Origin: a virus
Virus record (IMG/VR): IMGVR_UViG_3300035670_000172
Location: 4,403 to 68,402 of that record
Length of the DNA stretch: 64,000 nt
Strand: one strand, 5' to 3'
Part shown: positions 30,251-36,210 of the stretch, piece by piece
Numbering within the stretch: the stretch's first letter is position 1
How the letters are laid out: each line of letters starts with the position of its first letter
Notes under the pieces: model-generated
Told to the model about the DNA's origin: nothing
Seen by the model: only the letters and a program-made list of their open reading frames with translations
Databases searched by the model: none
Translations under genes and position numbers: made by a program

Positions 30251-30291
30251 GCTGGCGTTCACGGTGCGACTAGCACCAAGTGAACGCCAGC
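30251..30291 (+). repeat. bulged hairpin element, opposite orientation (F2)
   Basis: GCTGGCGTTCAC-GGTGC-GACTA-GCACC-AA-GTGAACGCCAGC. Confidence 0.85.
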
Positions 30292-30295
30292 AAAC

Positions 30296-30322
30296 AAAAG
30301 CCCCCAGCGGGTGCTGGGGGCT
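30296..30322 (-). terminator. cassette 2 terminator
   Basis: GCCCCCAGC/GCTGGGGGC stem with A-tract. Confidence 0.8.
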
Positions 30323-30343
30323 ATTGCCAACGCTGATTAGGCG

Positions 30344-30652
30344 TTACTTGCGCTTGCGCTTAGCCTTGACAGGCTTGAGTGAGACGATCATCTCGCCTTC
30401 GGTAGTCCAATGAATGGACACTTCACGATCAGCCTGCTCGGCAGACTTCGCAACTCGGTTACGCCAAGTGTTTTTGTGGTTGAGATATTCATCATCGCTC
30501 GGGTCTCCCGTTGCGGTTGGAAAGATGAACGCATCGCCTTCAATGCTCGCATCTAATGCGAGAATATCAGCAACCAACTCGGGGTCGTTATATCCTTCAC
30601 GACCACGCTTGACTAGGTTTGTAACTTCATTCAGGTTTATTTTCATTGCCAT
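30344..30652 (-). CDS. cassette 2: KRGR-motif basic protein, paralog B
   Basis: MAMKINLNEVTNLVKRGREG...KRKRK; AAGGGA RBS. Confidence 0.85.
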   Translation of the reverse strand: MAMKINLNEVTNLVKRGREGYNDPELVADILALDASIEGDAFIFPTATGDPSDDEYLNHKNTWRNRVAKSAEQADREVSIHWTTEGEMIVSLKPVKAKRKRK

Positions 30653-30705
30653 AGGTATATCCCTTATCGGCAGGGGTCTAGGTTTGTTTTCCTACCGACA
30701 AATAC

Positions 30706-30807
30706 ACAATATCATATGCGATGAGAATGTGTATTCAATATAATATGTAACTCATACCCAGCCAGCGGTTGTGCAACTTGATGCTAGGCGCACCGTTGCA
30801 CCACCGC
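30706..30807 (-). promoter_or_regulatory. cassette 2 promoter + upstream hairpin
   Basis: TGCGCCTAGCA-N43-TTGAAT-N21-TATTGT. Confidence 0.8.
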
Positions 30808-30865
30808 CTGCGGGTGAGGATTGAGAATTTGTACTAAACATGTGAATGTATGTAGCTCTATACGA

Positions 30866-30904
30866 CAGGTGTTCACGGTGCGAATAGCACAAAGTGAACA
30901 CCTG
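30866..30904 (+). repeat. bulged hairpin element, opposite orientation (F3)
   Basis: CAGGTGTTCAC-GGTGC-GAATA-GCACA-AA-GTGAACACCTG. Confidence 0.85.
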
Positions 30905-30909
30905 CGAAG

Positions 30910-30938
30910 AAAAGCCCCCATGCCGAAGCATGGGGGCT
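30910..30938 (-). terminator. cassette 3 terminator
   Basis: AGCCCCCATGC/GCATGGGGGCT stem, UUCG loop on minus strand, A-tract. Confidence 0.8.
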
Positions 30939-30988
30939 CTCTCCGTTGCAGGGATAACCCTGCGCCACACTGCCGAAGCGAGTGTAGA

Positions 30989-31297
30989 TTACTTGCGTGT
31001 GCGCTTCTTCTTCACTGGCTTGAGCGAGACAATCATTTGACCGTCTTCAGTCCAGTGAATTGAGCATTCACGGTCTGCCTGTTCTGCAGACTTCGCAACA
31101 CGATTGCGCCAAGTGTTCTTGTGATTGACGAACTCTTCGTCACTTGGATCACCTGTTGCACTCTCGTAAATGAATGCGTCACCGTCAATGGAAGCGTCAA
31201 GCGACAGAATGTCTGCCACTAGTTCAGGGTCATTGTAACCCTCACGCCCACGCTTGACGAGGTTCGTGACCTCATTCAGATTGATTTTCTGTGCCAT
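30989..31297 (-). CDS. cassette 3: KRGR-motif basic protein, paralog C
   Basis: MAQKINLNEVTNLVKRGREG...KKRTRK; GGGAG RBS. Confidence 0.85.
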   Translation of the reverse strand: MAQKINLNEVTNLVKRGREGYNDPELVADILSLDASIDGDAFIYESATGDPSDEEFVNHKNTWRNRVAKSAEQADRECSIHWTEDGQMIVSLKPVKKKRTRK

Positions 31298-31370
31298 TAT
31301 ATTTCTCCCTGTTCATGAACTACCCCACCCAAAGGGTATGGGTGGTATTAGGTGTTCACCAACACTTCAT

Positions 31371-31472
31371 ACAATACCCAATGGTATGAGAATATCTATT
31401 CAATATATGAGATCATTTATCACCAGTTAGCGGTTGTGCAACTTTCTGCTAATCGCACCGTAGCCCCACCGC
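31371..31472 (-). promoter_or_regulatory. cassette 3 promoter + upstream hairpin
   Basis: TGCGATTAGCA-N43-TTGAAT-N21-TATTGT. Confidence 0.8.
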
Positions 31473-31547
31473 CAAATCGTCTTGTGAGCATGTGAATATA
31501 TATTAAATATTGAAATGGTTACGATACGATTGGGTCGGAGTTCAGGC

Positions 31548-31590
31548 AAAAAAAAACCCCCCAAGCCTCGGGGGTGAGGCTTGAGGGGTT
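31548..31590 (-). terminator. cassette 4 terminator
   Basis: CAAGCCTC/GAGGCTTG stem extended by C/G runs, A9 tract. Confidence 0.75.
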
Positions 31591-31606
31591 CGCTGGAGAA
31601 GCGACC

Positions 31607-31870
31607 TTATTGCTTGGTAATGACTGGCACTGCTATCTTACCGTTTTCCAGTGTGTACCATAACACACTGACTTTCTTATCTCCTGCGAGGCTGATAATG
31701 CGAGCACGAACACGGTTTTTGTTGGGTAGTGTGTTCGGCACTGCTCGGCGTGAGGCAACGACATCATAGACACTGCTCACCTCATCTACACACTTGGCAA
31801 GGTAAGCGTCATAGTAACGCTTGCGCCCACGCTTGGCAGTCTGTATTGAGCCTCTCTGTACTTTACGCAT
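31607..31870 (-). CDS. cassette 4: divergent KRGR-family protein (87 aa)
   Basis: AAGGAG RBS then ATG 31870; AKRGRKRYYD...NKNRVRARI...KVSVLW aligns with paralogs A-C. Confidence 0.75.
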   Translation of the reverse strand: MRKVQRGSIQTAKRGRKRYYDAYLAKCVDEVSSVYDVVASRRAVPNTLPNKNRVRARIISLAGDKKVSVLWYTLENGKIAVPVITKQ

Positions 31871-31917
31871 TTGCTTTCTCCTTGTCAGCGGGGTTAGGGT
31901 AATCGCTGACAGACATA

Positions 31918-32018
31918 ACCTTACAATATGGTATGAGAATATGTATTCAATGTGAACGCACCATGACACCCTGTCAACTGGTGTGCAATTTGTTGCTAGC
32001 CGCATCATCGCCCTCCAG
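31918..32018 (-). promoter_or_regulatory. cassette 4 promoter + upstream hairpin
   Basis: TGCGGCTAGCA-N43-TTGAAT-N21-TAAGGT. Confidence 0.8.
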
Positions 32019-32084
32019 CGAAATGTGATGAGAATTTTGTATGTATTAAATATCCAGAGATGTTCAGCTCAGTTCGGTGGGAGT

Positions 32085-32116
32085 TTCCCCCTCGCACCCG
32101 TAGGCACGAGGGGGAA
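32085..32116 (-). terminator. cassette 5 terminator-like hairpin
   Basis: TTCCCCCTCG/CGAGGGGGAA; weak U-tail. Confidence 0.6.
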
Positions 32117-32119
32117 GTT

Positions 32120-32305
32120 TCACTTGGATAGGTTGAGAGCGTGGCTGTGGACACGCCTGATTTGCTTGCGGACAATACCCCGCAGGCTCTCCCTGCAATT
32201 AGGGCAACACTTGGTCAATATGTATGTCTCCGCCTGAACAGGGACACTGGATGTTCTGCCATTGGCATAAATACCATTGACCATACGGATATGTGTGGGG
32301 TTCAT
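32120..32305 (-). CDS. cassette 5 gene 2: small Cys-containing protein
   Basis: ATGA overlap with upstream gene; CCPNC. Confidence 0.6.
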   Translation of the reverse strand: MNPTHIRMVNGIYANGRTSSVPVQAETYILTKCCPNCRESLRGIVRKQIRRVHSHALNLSK

Positions 32306-32523
32306 TCTGCACCGCCGAACATGCTATCCCAGCACTTGTCGTGGAAGCCGTTGATGAGTTGCTCACGCTGGGCTGGGGTAAGGGTAGGGAAGCAATTCTG
32401 AATGAGTTCGCCTGCCCACATGCGGGTCTTGCCGATCTCCCAGTCGTTGAAGTCTATGGTGATCTCACCATAACACTTGCACTCGGGGCAGAGCGGGGTT
32501 GGAACGGTTATCATAGTTTTCAC
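32302..32523 (-). CDS. cassette 5 gene 1: Zn-binding hypothetical protein
   Basis: CPEC...IQNCFPTLTPAQREQLINGFHDKCWD; GGAG RBS before GTG 32523 (alternative ATG 32514). Confidence 0.75.
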   Translation of the reverse strand: MKTMITVPTPLCPECKCYGEITIDFNDWEIGKTRMWAGELIQNCFPTLTPAQREQLINGFHDKCWDSMFGGAE

Positions 32524-32567
32524 TGCAATCTCCAATCTGTGCCAACGGGATTGTTGGCAACGACATA

Positions 32568-32670
32568 ACCTTAGCGTATGGCTTGAGAATGTGTATTCAA
32601 TGTTTGACCTGGCTGTATCCCTTTCCGCTGTCGTTCAATTTATTGCTAGACGCATCATCGCACGCCAGCG
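32568..32670 (-). promoter_or_regulatory. cassette 5 promoter + upstream hairpin
   Basis: TGCGTCTAGCA-N43-TTGAAT-N21-TAAGGT. Confidence 0.8.
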
Positions 32671-32735
32671 AAATGCGATGAGATCGTGAATGTGTATTAA
32701 ACATTGTGACAATCTCATCGCAGTACGCTTGGGGT

Positions 32736-32763
32736 TCTCCCCCCGCCCGAAGGCGGGGGGAGA
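32736..32763 (-). terminator. cassette 6 terminator-like hairpin
   Basis: TCTCCCCCCGCC-CGAA-GGCGGGGGGAGA (C-UUCG-G on minus strand). Confidence 0.7.
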
Positions 32764-32775
32764 GGGGATTGATTG

Positions 32776-33039
32776 TCATTGTGTGACGAAGGAAAGGTAA
32801 TCCATTTCCTCAATTGAACCCTGAACATCTGTGAACAGTTGTTCAATGTCGCTCAACTTGTCCTGAACTTCACCAATGAACTCTTGGCGCAGGGCAATCT
32901 TCATGTCAACCACAATGCTGAGCATCTGTGCGCTCATATCCATTGGGCTGATCAAGCCAGCTTCTAGTTGCCTAGCAACTTTGACTGCAGCCTCATGAGC
33001 AAGTGTGAGTGCCCTTGGGTGATCGGGTAAGTGTGTCAT
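32776..33039 (-). CDS. cassette 6: helical hypothetical protein
   Basis: AAGGAG RBS, 87 aa. Confidence 0.8.
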   Translation of the reverse strand: MTHLPDHPRALTLAHEAAVKVARQLEAGLISPMDMSAQMLSIVVDMKIALRQEFIGEVQDKLSDIEQLFTDVQGSIEEMDYLSFVTQ

Positions 33040-33085
33040 TGCTATCTCCTTGTCAAGGGGGTATGGAATGTCCTTGACAACTTCT

Positions 33086-33186
33086 ACATTACCCGATGAG
33101 GTGAGAATGTGTATTCAATCTGTAATGTCCTTCCCTTCCATTGAACTGGTGTGCAACTTGTTGCTAGACGCATCGCCGCCCTCCAG
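33086..33186 (-). promoter_or_regulatory. cassette 6 promoter + upstream hairpin
   Basis: TGCGTCTAGCA-N43-TTGAAT-N21-TAATGT. Confidence 0.8.
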
Positions 33187-33260
33187 CGATTGTAATGAGA
33201 AAATGTGAATGTATTAAAAATTGAAACTGTCTAAGCACAATCGGATCGGAGTTCAGGCAC

Positions 33261-33293
33261 AAAAAAATCCCCCAAGCCCGAAGGCTTGGGGGA
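33261..33293 (-). terminator. cassette 7 terminator
   Basis: TCCCCCAAGCC-CGAA-GGCTTGGGGGA plus A7. Confidence 0.85.
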
Positions 33294-33312
33294 CTGGGGG
33301 ACTGACTATGAG

Positions 33313-33492
33313 TTATTGCTGAGCGTTGCGCTCGGCAATTGTTTTCTCATACGAGCGAAGCAACATTGCCAAGCCTTGGATTGCTTGAGTGTTGCCCGTC
33401 TGGGTTGCTCGGTTGAGCGCACCCGACACAACGAGGAATTGTTCCTCAAGTGTCATTGGCTTTCGTGGAGCAATATCGTTCTGCTTTTTCAT
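33313..33492 (-). CDS. cassette 7: hypothetical protein (59 aa, absent from ORF track)
   Basis: AAGGAG RBS; MKKQNDIAPRKPMTLEEQFLVVSGALNRATQTGNTQAIQGLAMLLRSYEKTIAERNAQQ. Confidence 0.8.
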   Translation of the reverse strand: MKKQNDIAPRKPMTLEEQFLVVSGALNRATQTGNTQAIQGLAMLLRSYEKTIAERNAQQ

Positions 33493-33536
33493 TGCTTCTC
33501 CTTGTCGGTGGGGTTAGGAGTATCACCGACACTCAT

Positions 33537-33637
33537 ACCTTACCCAATGGCTTGAGAATGTGTATTCAATGTAAGAGTGTCATCATATGCAGTAAACTGG
33601 TGTGCAACTTACTGCTATTCGCAACGCCGCACTCCAG
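33537..33637 (-). promoter_or_regulatory. cassette 7 promoter + upstream hairpin
   Basis: TGCGAATAGCA-N43-TTGAAT-N21-TAAGGT. Confidence 0.8.
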
Positions 33638-33650
33638 CTCTTCTGTAATT

Positions 33651-33680
33651 AAAAACCCCCAAGCCCGAAGGCTTGGGGGT
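33651..33680 (-). terminator. cassette 8 terminator
   Basis: CCCCCAAGCC-CGAA-GGCTTGGGGG plus A5. Confidence 0.85.
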
Positions 33681-33700
33681 CTGTGTGAATGAATTGTCAA

Positions 33701-33913
33701 TCACTTGTTCTTTTTCAACTCAAACAATTCCATTCGCAACGCTTGAACACTCTTTACTGCATTGTCATAGTCGTTCTCTATCCTGCTGGTGACATCATAG
33801 AGTGCGGTGAATGCTTGCCTGTGATCATCGTTGTTCATGTCTAGTAAGATGTAGATTGCATCTAGTGCGGGTCCAAAGTAACTTCTCCACACTCCGTCAT
33901 GATCCTTGTACAT
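33701..33913 (-). CDS. cassette 8: hypothetical protein (70 aa)
   Basis: AAGGAG RBS, ATG 33913 (MYKDHDGVW...). Confidence 0.8.
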   Translation of the reverse strand: MYKDHDGVWRSYFGPALDAIYILLDMNNDDHRQAFTALYDVTSRIENDYDNAVKSVQALRMELFELKKNK

Positions 33914-33957
33914 TGCCTCTCCTTGTCTGTGCCAGCGGGTTGCTTGGCACATCTCTT

Positions 33958-34059
33958 ACATTATCCAATCGGGTGTGAATGTGTATTCAAGGTAAGAACC
34001 TCATGCCCTCCTTATTGCTGGTGTACAAGTTATTGCTATTCGCATCCTCGCACCCCAGC
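33958..34059 (-). promoter_or_regulatory. cassette 8 promoter + upstream hairpin
   Basis: TGCGAATAGCA-N43-TTGAAT-N21-TAATGT. Confidence 0.8.
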
Positions 34060-34126
34060 GCTTATGCCATGAGACTCAGAATGTGTATTAAACATCAAGA
34101 GAATCATGGCACAAGCAGATTGGGGT

Positions 34127-34154
34127 TCTCCCCCCACCCGAAGGTGAGGGGAGA
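34127..34154 (-). terminator. cassette 9 terminator-like hairpin
   Basis: TCTCCCCCCACC-CGAA-GGTGAGGGGAGA. Confidence 0.65.
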
Positions 34155-34159
34155 TCGTA

Positions 34160-34429
34160 TCAGTCGTAGATACGGTACCTGTCTTGTTGCTTCTCCAAGA
34201 CATGAGCCTGACGATACTTGTCAAACATCTCGCACCAAATCTTTGCGAGTGTCAATGACCCTGCAACGAAGCGCTCTACTTCATGTTGCATCTTGCCAGT
34301 CTCATCAGTGACATAGCACCAAGCAATATAGTTTGGTGTGTCGTCATGAGCCTTGTAGATCTCGTACATATGCCAATATGTCCAAGCGTACTCGGCTCTA
34401 CCGATACTTACCCACTTCATATCACTCAT
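34160..34429 (-). CDS. cassette 9: hypothetical protein
   Basis: GAAAGGA RBS; SLTLAKIWCE motif. Confidence 0.8.
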   Translation of the reverse strand: MSDMKWVSIGRAEYAWTYWHMYEIYKAHDDTPNYIAWCYVTDETGKMQHEVERFVAGSLTLAKIWCEMFDKYRQAHVLEKQQDRYRIYD

Positions 34430-34474
34430 GGGATATTCCTTTCTATCGGGGCTAGGTTTGTTCCGACAAGAGAT

Positions 34475-34578
34475 ACCTTAGCAAGTGAGACCCAAATGTG
34501 TATTCAATCTGAGAGCTCCTTCTACGCCTTGCTGCTGGTGTACAACTTGTTGCTAATCGCACCGTTGCCCACCACCGC
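34475..34578 (-). promoter_or_regulatory. cassette 9 promoter + upstream hairpin
   Basis: TGCGATTAGCA-N43-TTGAAT-N21-TAAGGT. Confidence 0.8.
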
Positions 34579-34661
34579 AGGCATGTCGTTCTTTTGGTGA
34601 GTGAAGTAAATATGTATTCAACTTAAGAATGATCTGCCTGCGAATGGGTGGGTGTTGGCAC

Positions 34662-34709
34662 AAAAAAAGAACCCCGAACGCTTCAGGGGGTGAGAAGCGT
34701 TCGGGGTTC
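34662..34709 (-). terminator. cassette 10 terminator
   Basis: GAACCCCGAACGCTTC/GAAGCGTTCGGGGTTC plus A7. Confidence 0.85.
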
Positions 34710-34712
34710 GGG

Positions 34713-34799
34713 TCAGAATGCTAGACGAAGTGCGCCTGACAAGATACTGAATATCAAGCAAGCGTACACTATGCCAGCGCCAATTTGTCCGAGTGTCAT
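34713..34799 (-). CDS. cassette 10 gene 2: 28-aa single-TM peptide
   Basis: ATGA overlap; MTLGQIGAGIVYACLIFSILSGALRLAF, ending at the terminator. Confidence 0.6.
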   Translation of the reverse strand: MTLGQIGAGIVYACLIFSILSGALRLAF

Positions 34800-35023
34800 T
34801 GGGATACCTTGCGATACTCAAGCACCTCGTAGTGATTGCCTGCGGGGTGGAATTGGGCACTTACGGTAATCTCAACTACACCGCCGTCAAGTTTGAACCT
34901 GAATACTTGGTATTCCCAAGTCTCATCAACCTCAACGGGGATAGTGTTGGATAGGATAAGGTTCAGTGCACGCTTGCCGAGCAAGGCACGCTGAACGGTT
35001 TCGCTTGTGTCTATGGTGGACAT
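34796..35023 (-). CDS. cassette 10 gene 1: hypothetical protein
   Basis: GAAAGGGA RBS, ATG 35023 (MSTIDTSET...). Confidence 0.8.
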   Translation of the reverse strand: MSTIDTSETVQRALLGKRALNLILSNTIPVEVDETWEYQVFRFKLDGGVVEITVSAQFHPAGNHYEVLEYRKVSQ

Positions 35024-35064
35024 AGTTCCCTTTCTGTCTCGGCGGGATTGCCTTGACAACCATT

Positions 35065-35166
35065 ACCTTACCAAGTGAGTACCGAATGTGTATTCAATGT
35101 CCGATCACCCTTGCCCCCTGTTGAGTGGTGTTCCACTTTCTGCTACTCGCATCGTAGACCAACACC
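35065..35166 (-). promoter_or_regulatory. cassette 10 promoter + upstream hairpin
   Basis: TGCGAGTAGCA-N43-TTGAAT-N21-TAAGGT. Confidence 0.8.
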
Positions 35167-35272
35167 GAAACGGGATTTGTGAATTGCGCTTTGCGCTTTG
35201 TGTCGTGTCTTGTTTGTTGTGAATGTACTCAATGAGTGCAAGTGCCTGGTGCATATGGGTGGGAGGAAGCAC

Positions 35273-35306
35273 AAAAAAAAGGGGGAGGAGCCGAAGCCCC
35301 TCCCCC
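35273..35306 (-). terminator. cassette 11 terminator
   Basis: GGGGGAGG/CCTCCCCC stem plus A8. Confidence 0.8.
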
Positions 35307-35327
35307 ACTTGATTGCCCTGACGGGTC

Positions 35328-35585
35328 TTACATCAAGTCCTTTGCCATCTGGCTGACAGCCTCTGCACGAGCCTTGAGGTTCACCAACAAGATTGTCGCC
35401 TCGTTGATTGCAGTGGTCAAGTCTTGCTTGATGGTCTCCATGCGGAGTACATCTGCGATCTGGTCAAGACCGATTGCATTGGACATGTCAGTGCCTTCGC
35501 TCATGGCAACTTCAGCGACCCGTGTGAGCCAACTGAAGCACTGAACGGATGTAGCCTGCACTGGTTCTGCATGCTTCTTACTCAT
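35328..35585 (-). CDS. cassette 11: helical hypothetical protein
   Basis: AGGAG RBS, ATG 35585 (MSKKHAEPV...). Confidence 0.8.
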   Translation of the reverse strand: MSKKHAEPVQATSVQCFSWLTRVAEVAMSEGTDMSNAIGLDQIADVLRMETIKQDLTTAINEATILLVNLKARAEAVSQMAKDLM

Positions 35586-35630
35586 GATTGTTCTCCTGTC
35601 AGGATGTCTGGGCATCTCGTTGACAAATAC

Positions 35631-35732
35631 ACTGTATCAAATCACTTGCGAATGTGTATTCAATTCACTTGCATCCTCTTCCCCATTTTGCGGGTGTACA
35701 ACTCTGTGCTAGACGCACCGTTGCACGCCCGC
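35631..35732 (-). promoter_or_regulatory. cassette 11 promoter + upstream hairpin
   Basis: TGCGTCTAGCA-N43-TTGAAT-N21-TACAGT. Confidence 0.8.
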
Positions 35733-35861
35733 ATTGACCCTCCCCGACACAGGGTCCGCAGAACACAAAAAAACATAAAGTAACACTCATAAAATATATA
35801 CTCAAATTTTGGATGGGATGGTGCAGTGCGGGTATAGGAGTATAAAAGTTTGGGGGAGAAT

Positions 35862-35952
35862 AAAAAAGACCGCTAGAGATGCACATGCCCCTGGGGTTGA
35901 GCCCAGAGGCATCTGCACCTATAACGGTCCTAAGGTTAGCTTTCGCTGCCTT
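35862..35952 (-). ncRNA. candidate ~90-nt small RNA
   Basis: TGTG-TATACT extended -10 at 35957-35966, GAAA-loop hairpin, long hairpin ending in a U6 tract. Confidence 0.55.
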
Positions 35953-36210
35953 TATCAGTATACACAGATACTAATTTGCGGGGTAGTAATAATGATTGGG
36001 TGTATTACCGAGAGTTCCGATAGAAGCCATGACCTTTGAAGTTGATTCCTGGCGGGGAGAATATTTGTTTAATTGGAAGGTCGCACTCAGGACAAGTATC
36101 TCTTACTTGCTCTTCAGACATCTTTCTTCTTTCTTCGTACAGATGCTGGTTAGGACAACGGTAGTGATAGATAGCCATATGTTATATAGTATACATGTTA
36201 TACTTGGTAA

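Larger units (their letters stand above)
29642..35732 (-). other. array of 11 promoter-hairpin-gene-terminator cassettes
   Basis: about 400-650 bp units with fixed-spacing motifs; see findings. Confidence 0.9.

Noticed and set aside
29736-31297. Diversity-generating retroelement (TR/VR) among the three paralogs
   Set aside because: Differences are spread over whole genes and are not adenine-specific; no reverse transcriptase in the window.
30093-35663. TTGAAT as a canonical sigma70 -35 with a 16-nt spacer to TATGAT
   Set aside because: Works only for units 1-2; the 21-nt spacing to TANNNT holds in all 11.
29642-35732. CRISPR array
   Set aside because: Repeats are degenerate and separated by 400-650 bp containing whole genes. 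The only Cas-like gene is a solo Cas4-like nuclease, common in phages.
30151-35732. Integron attC sites
   Set aside because: The AAC..GTT arms are only ~17 nt apart (attC is about 57 nt or more with L boxes), GTT is not conserved, cassettes have their own promoters, and no integrase is in the window.
29702-35783. Plus-strand ORFs across the array (e.g. 29702, 30075, 30414, 33286, 33979, 35424)
   Set aside because: They are antisense shadows or run through promoters and terminators; RBSs and terminators support only the minus-strand genes.
35919-35940. rRNA gene or fragment
   Set aside because: The match to 23S is only 18-21 nt and is embedded in an unrelated hairpin; reported as a candidate sRNA feature instead.
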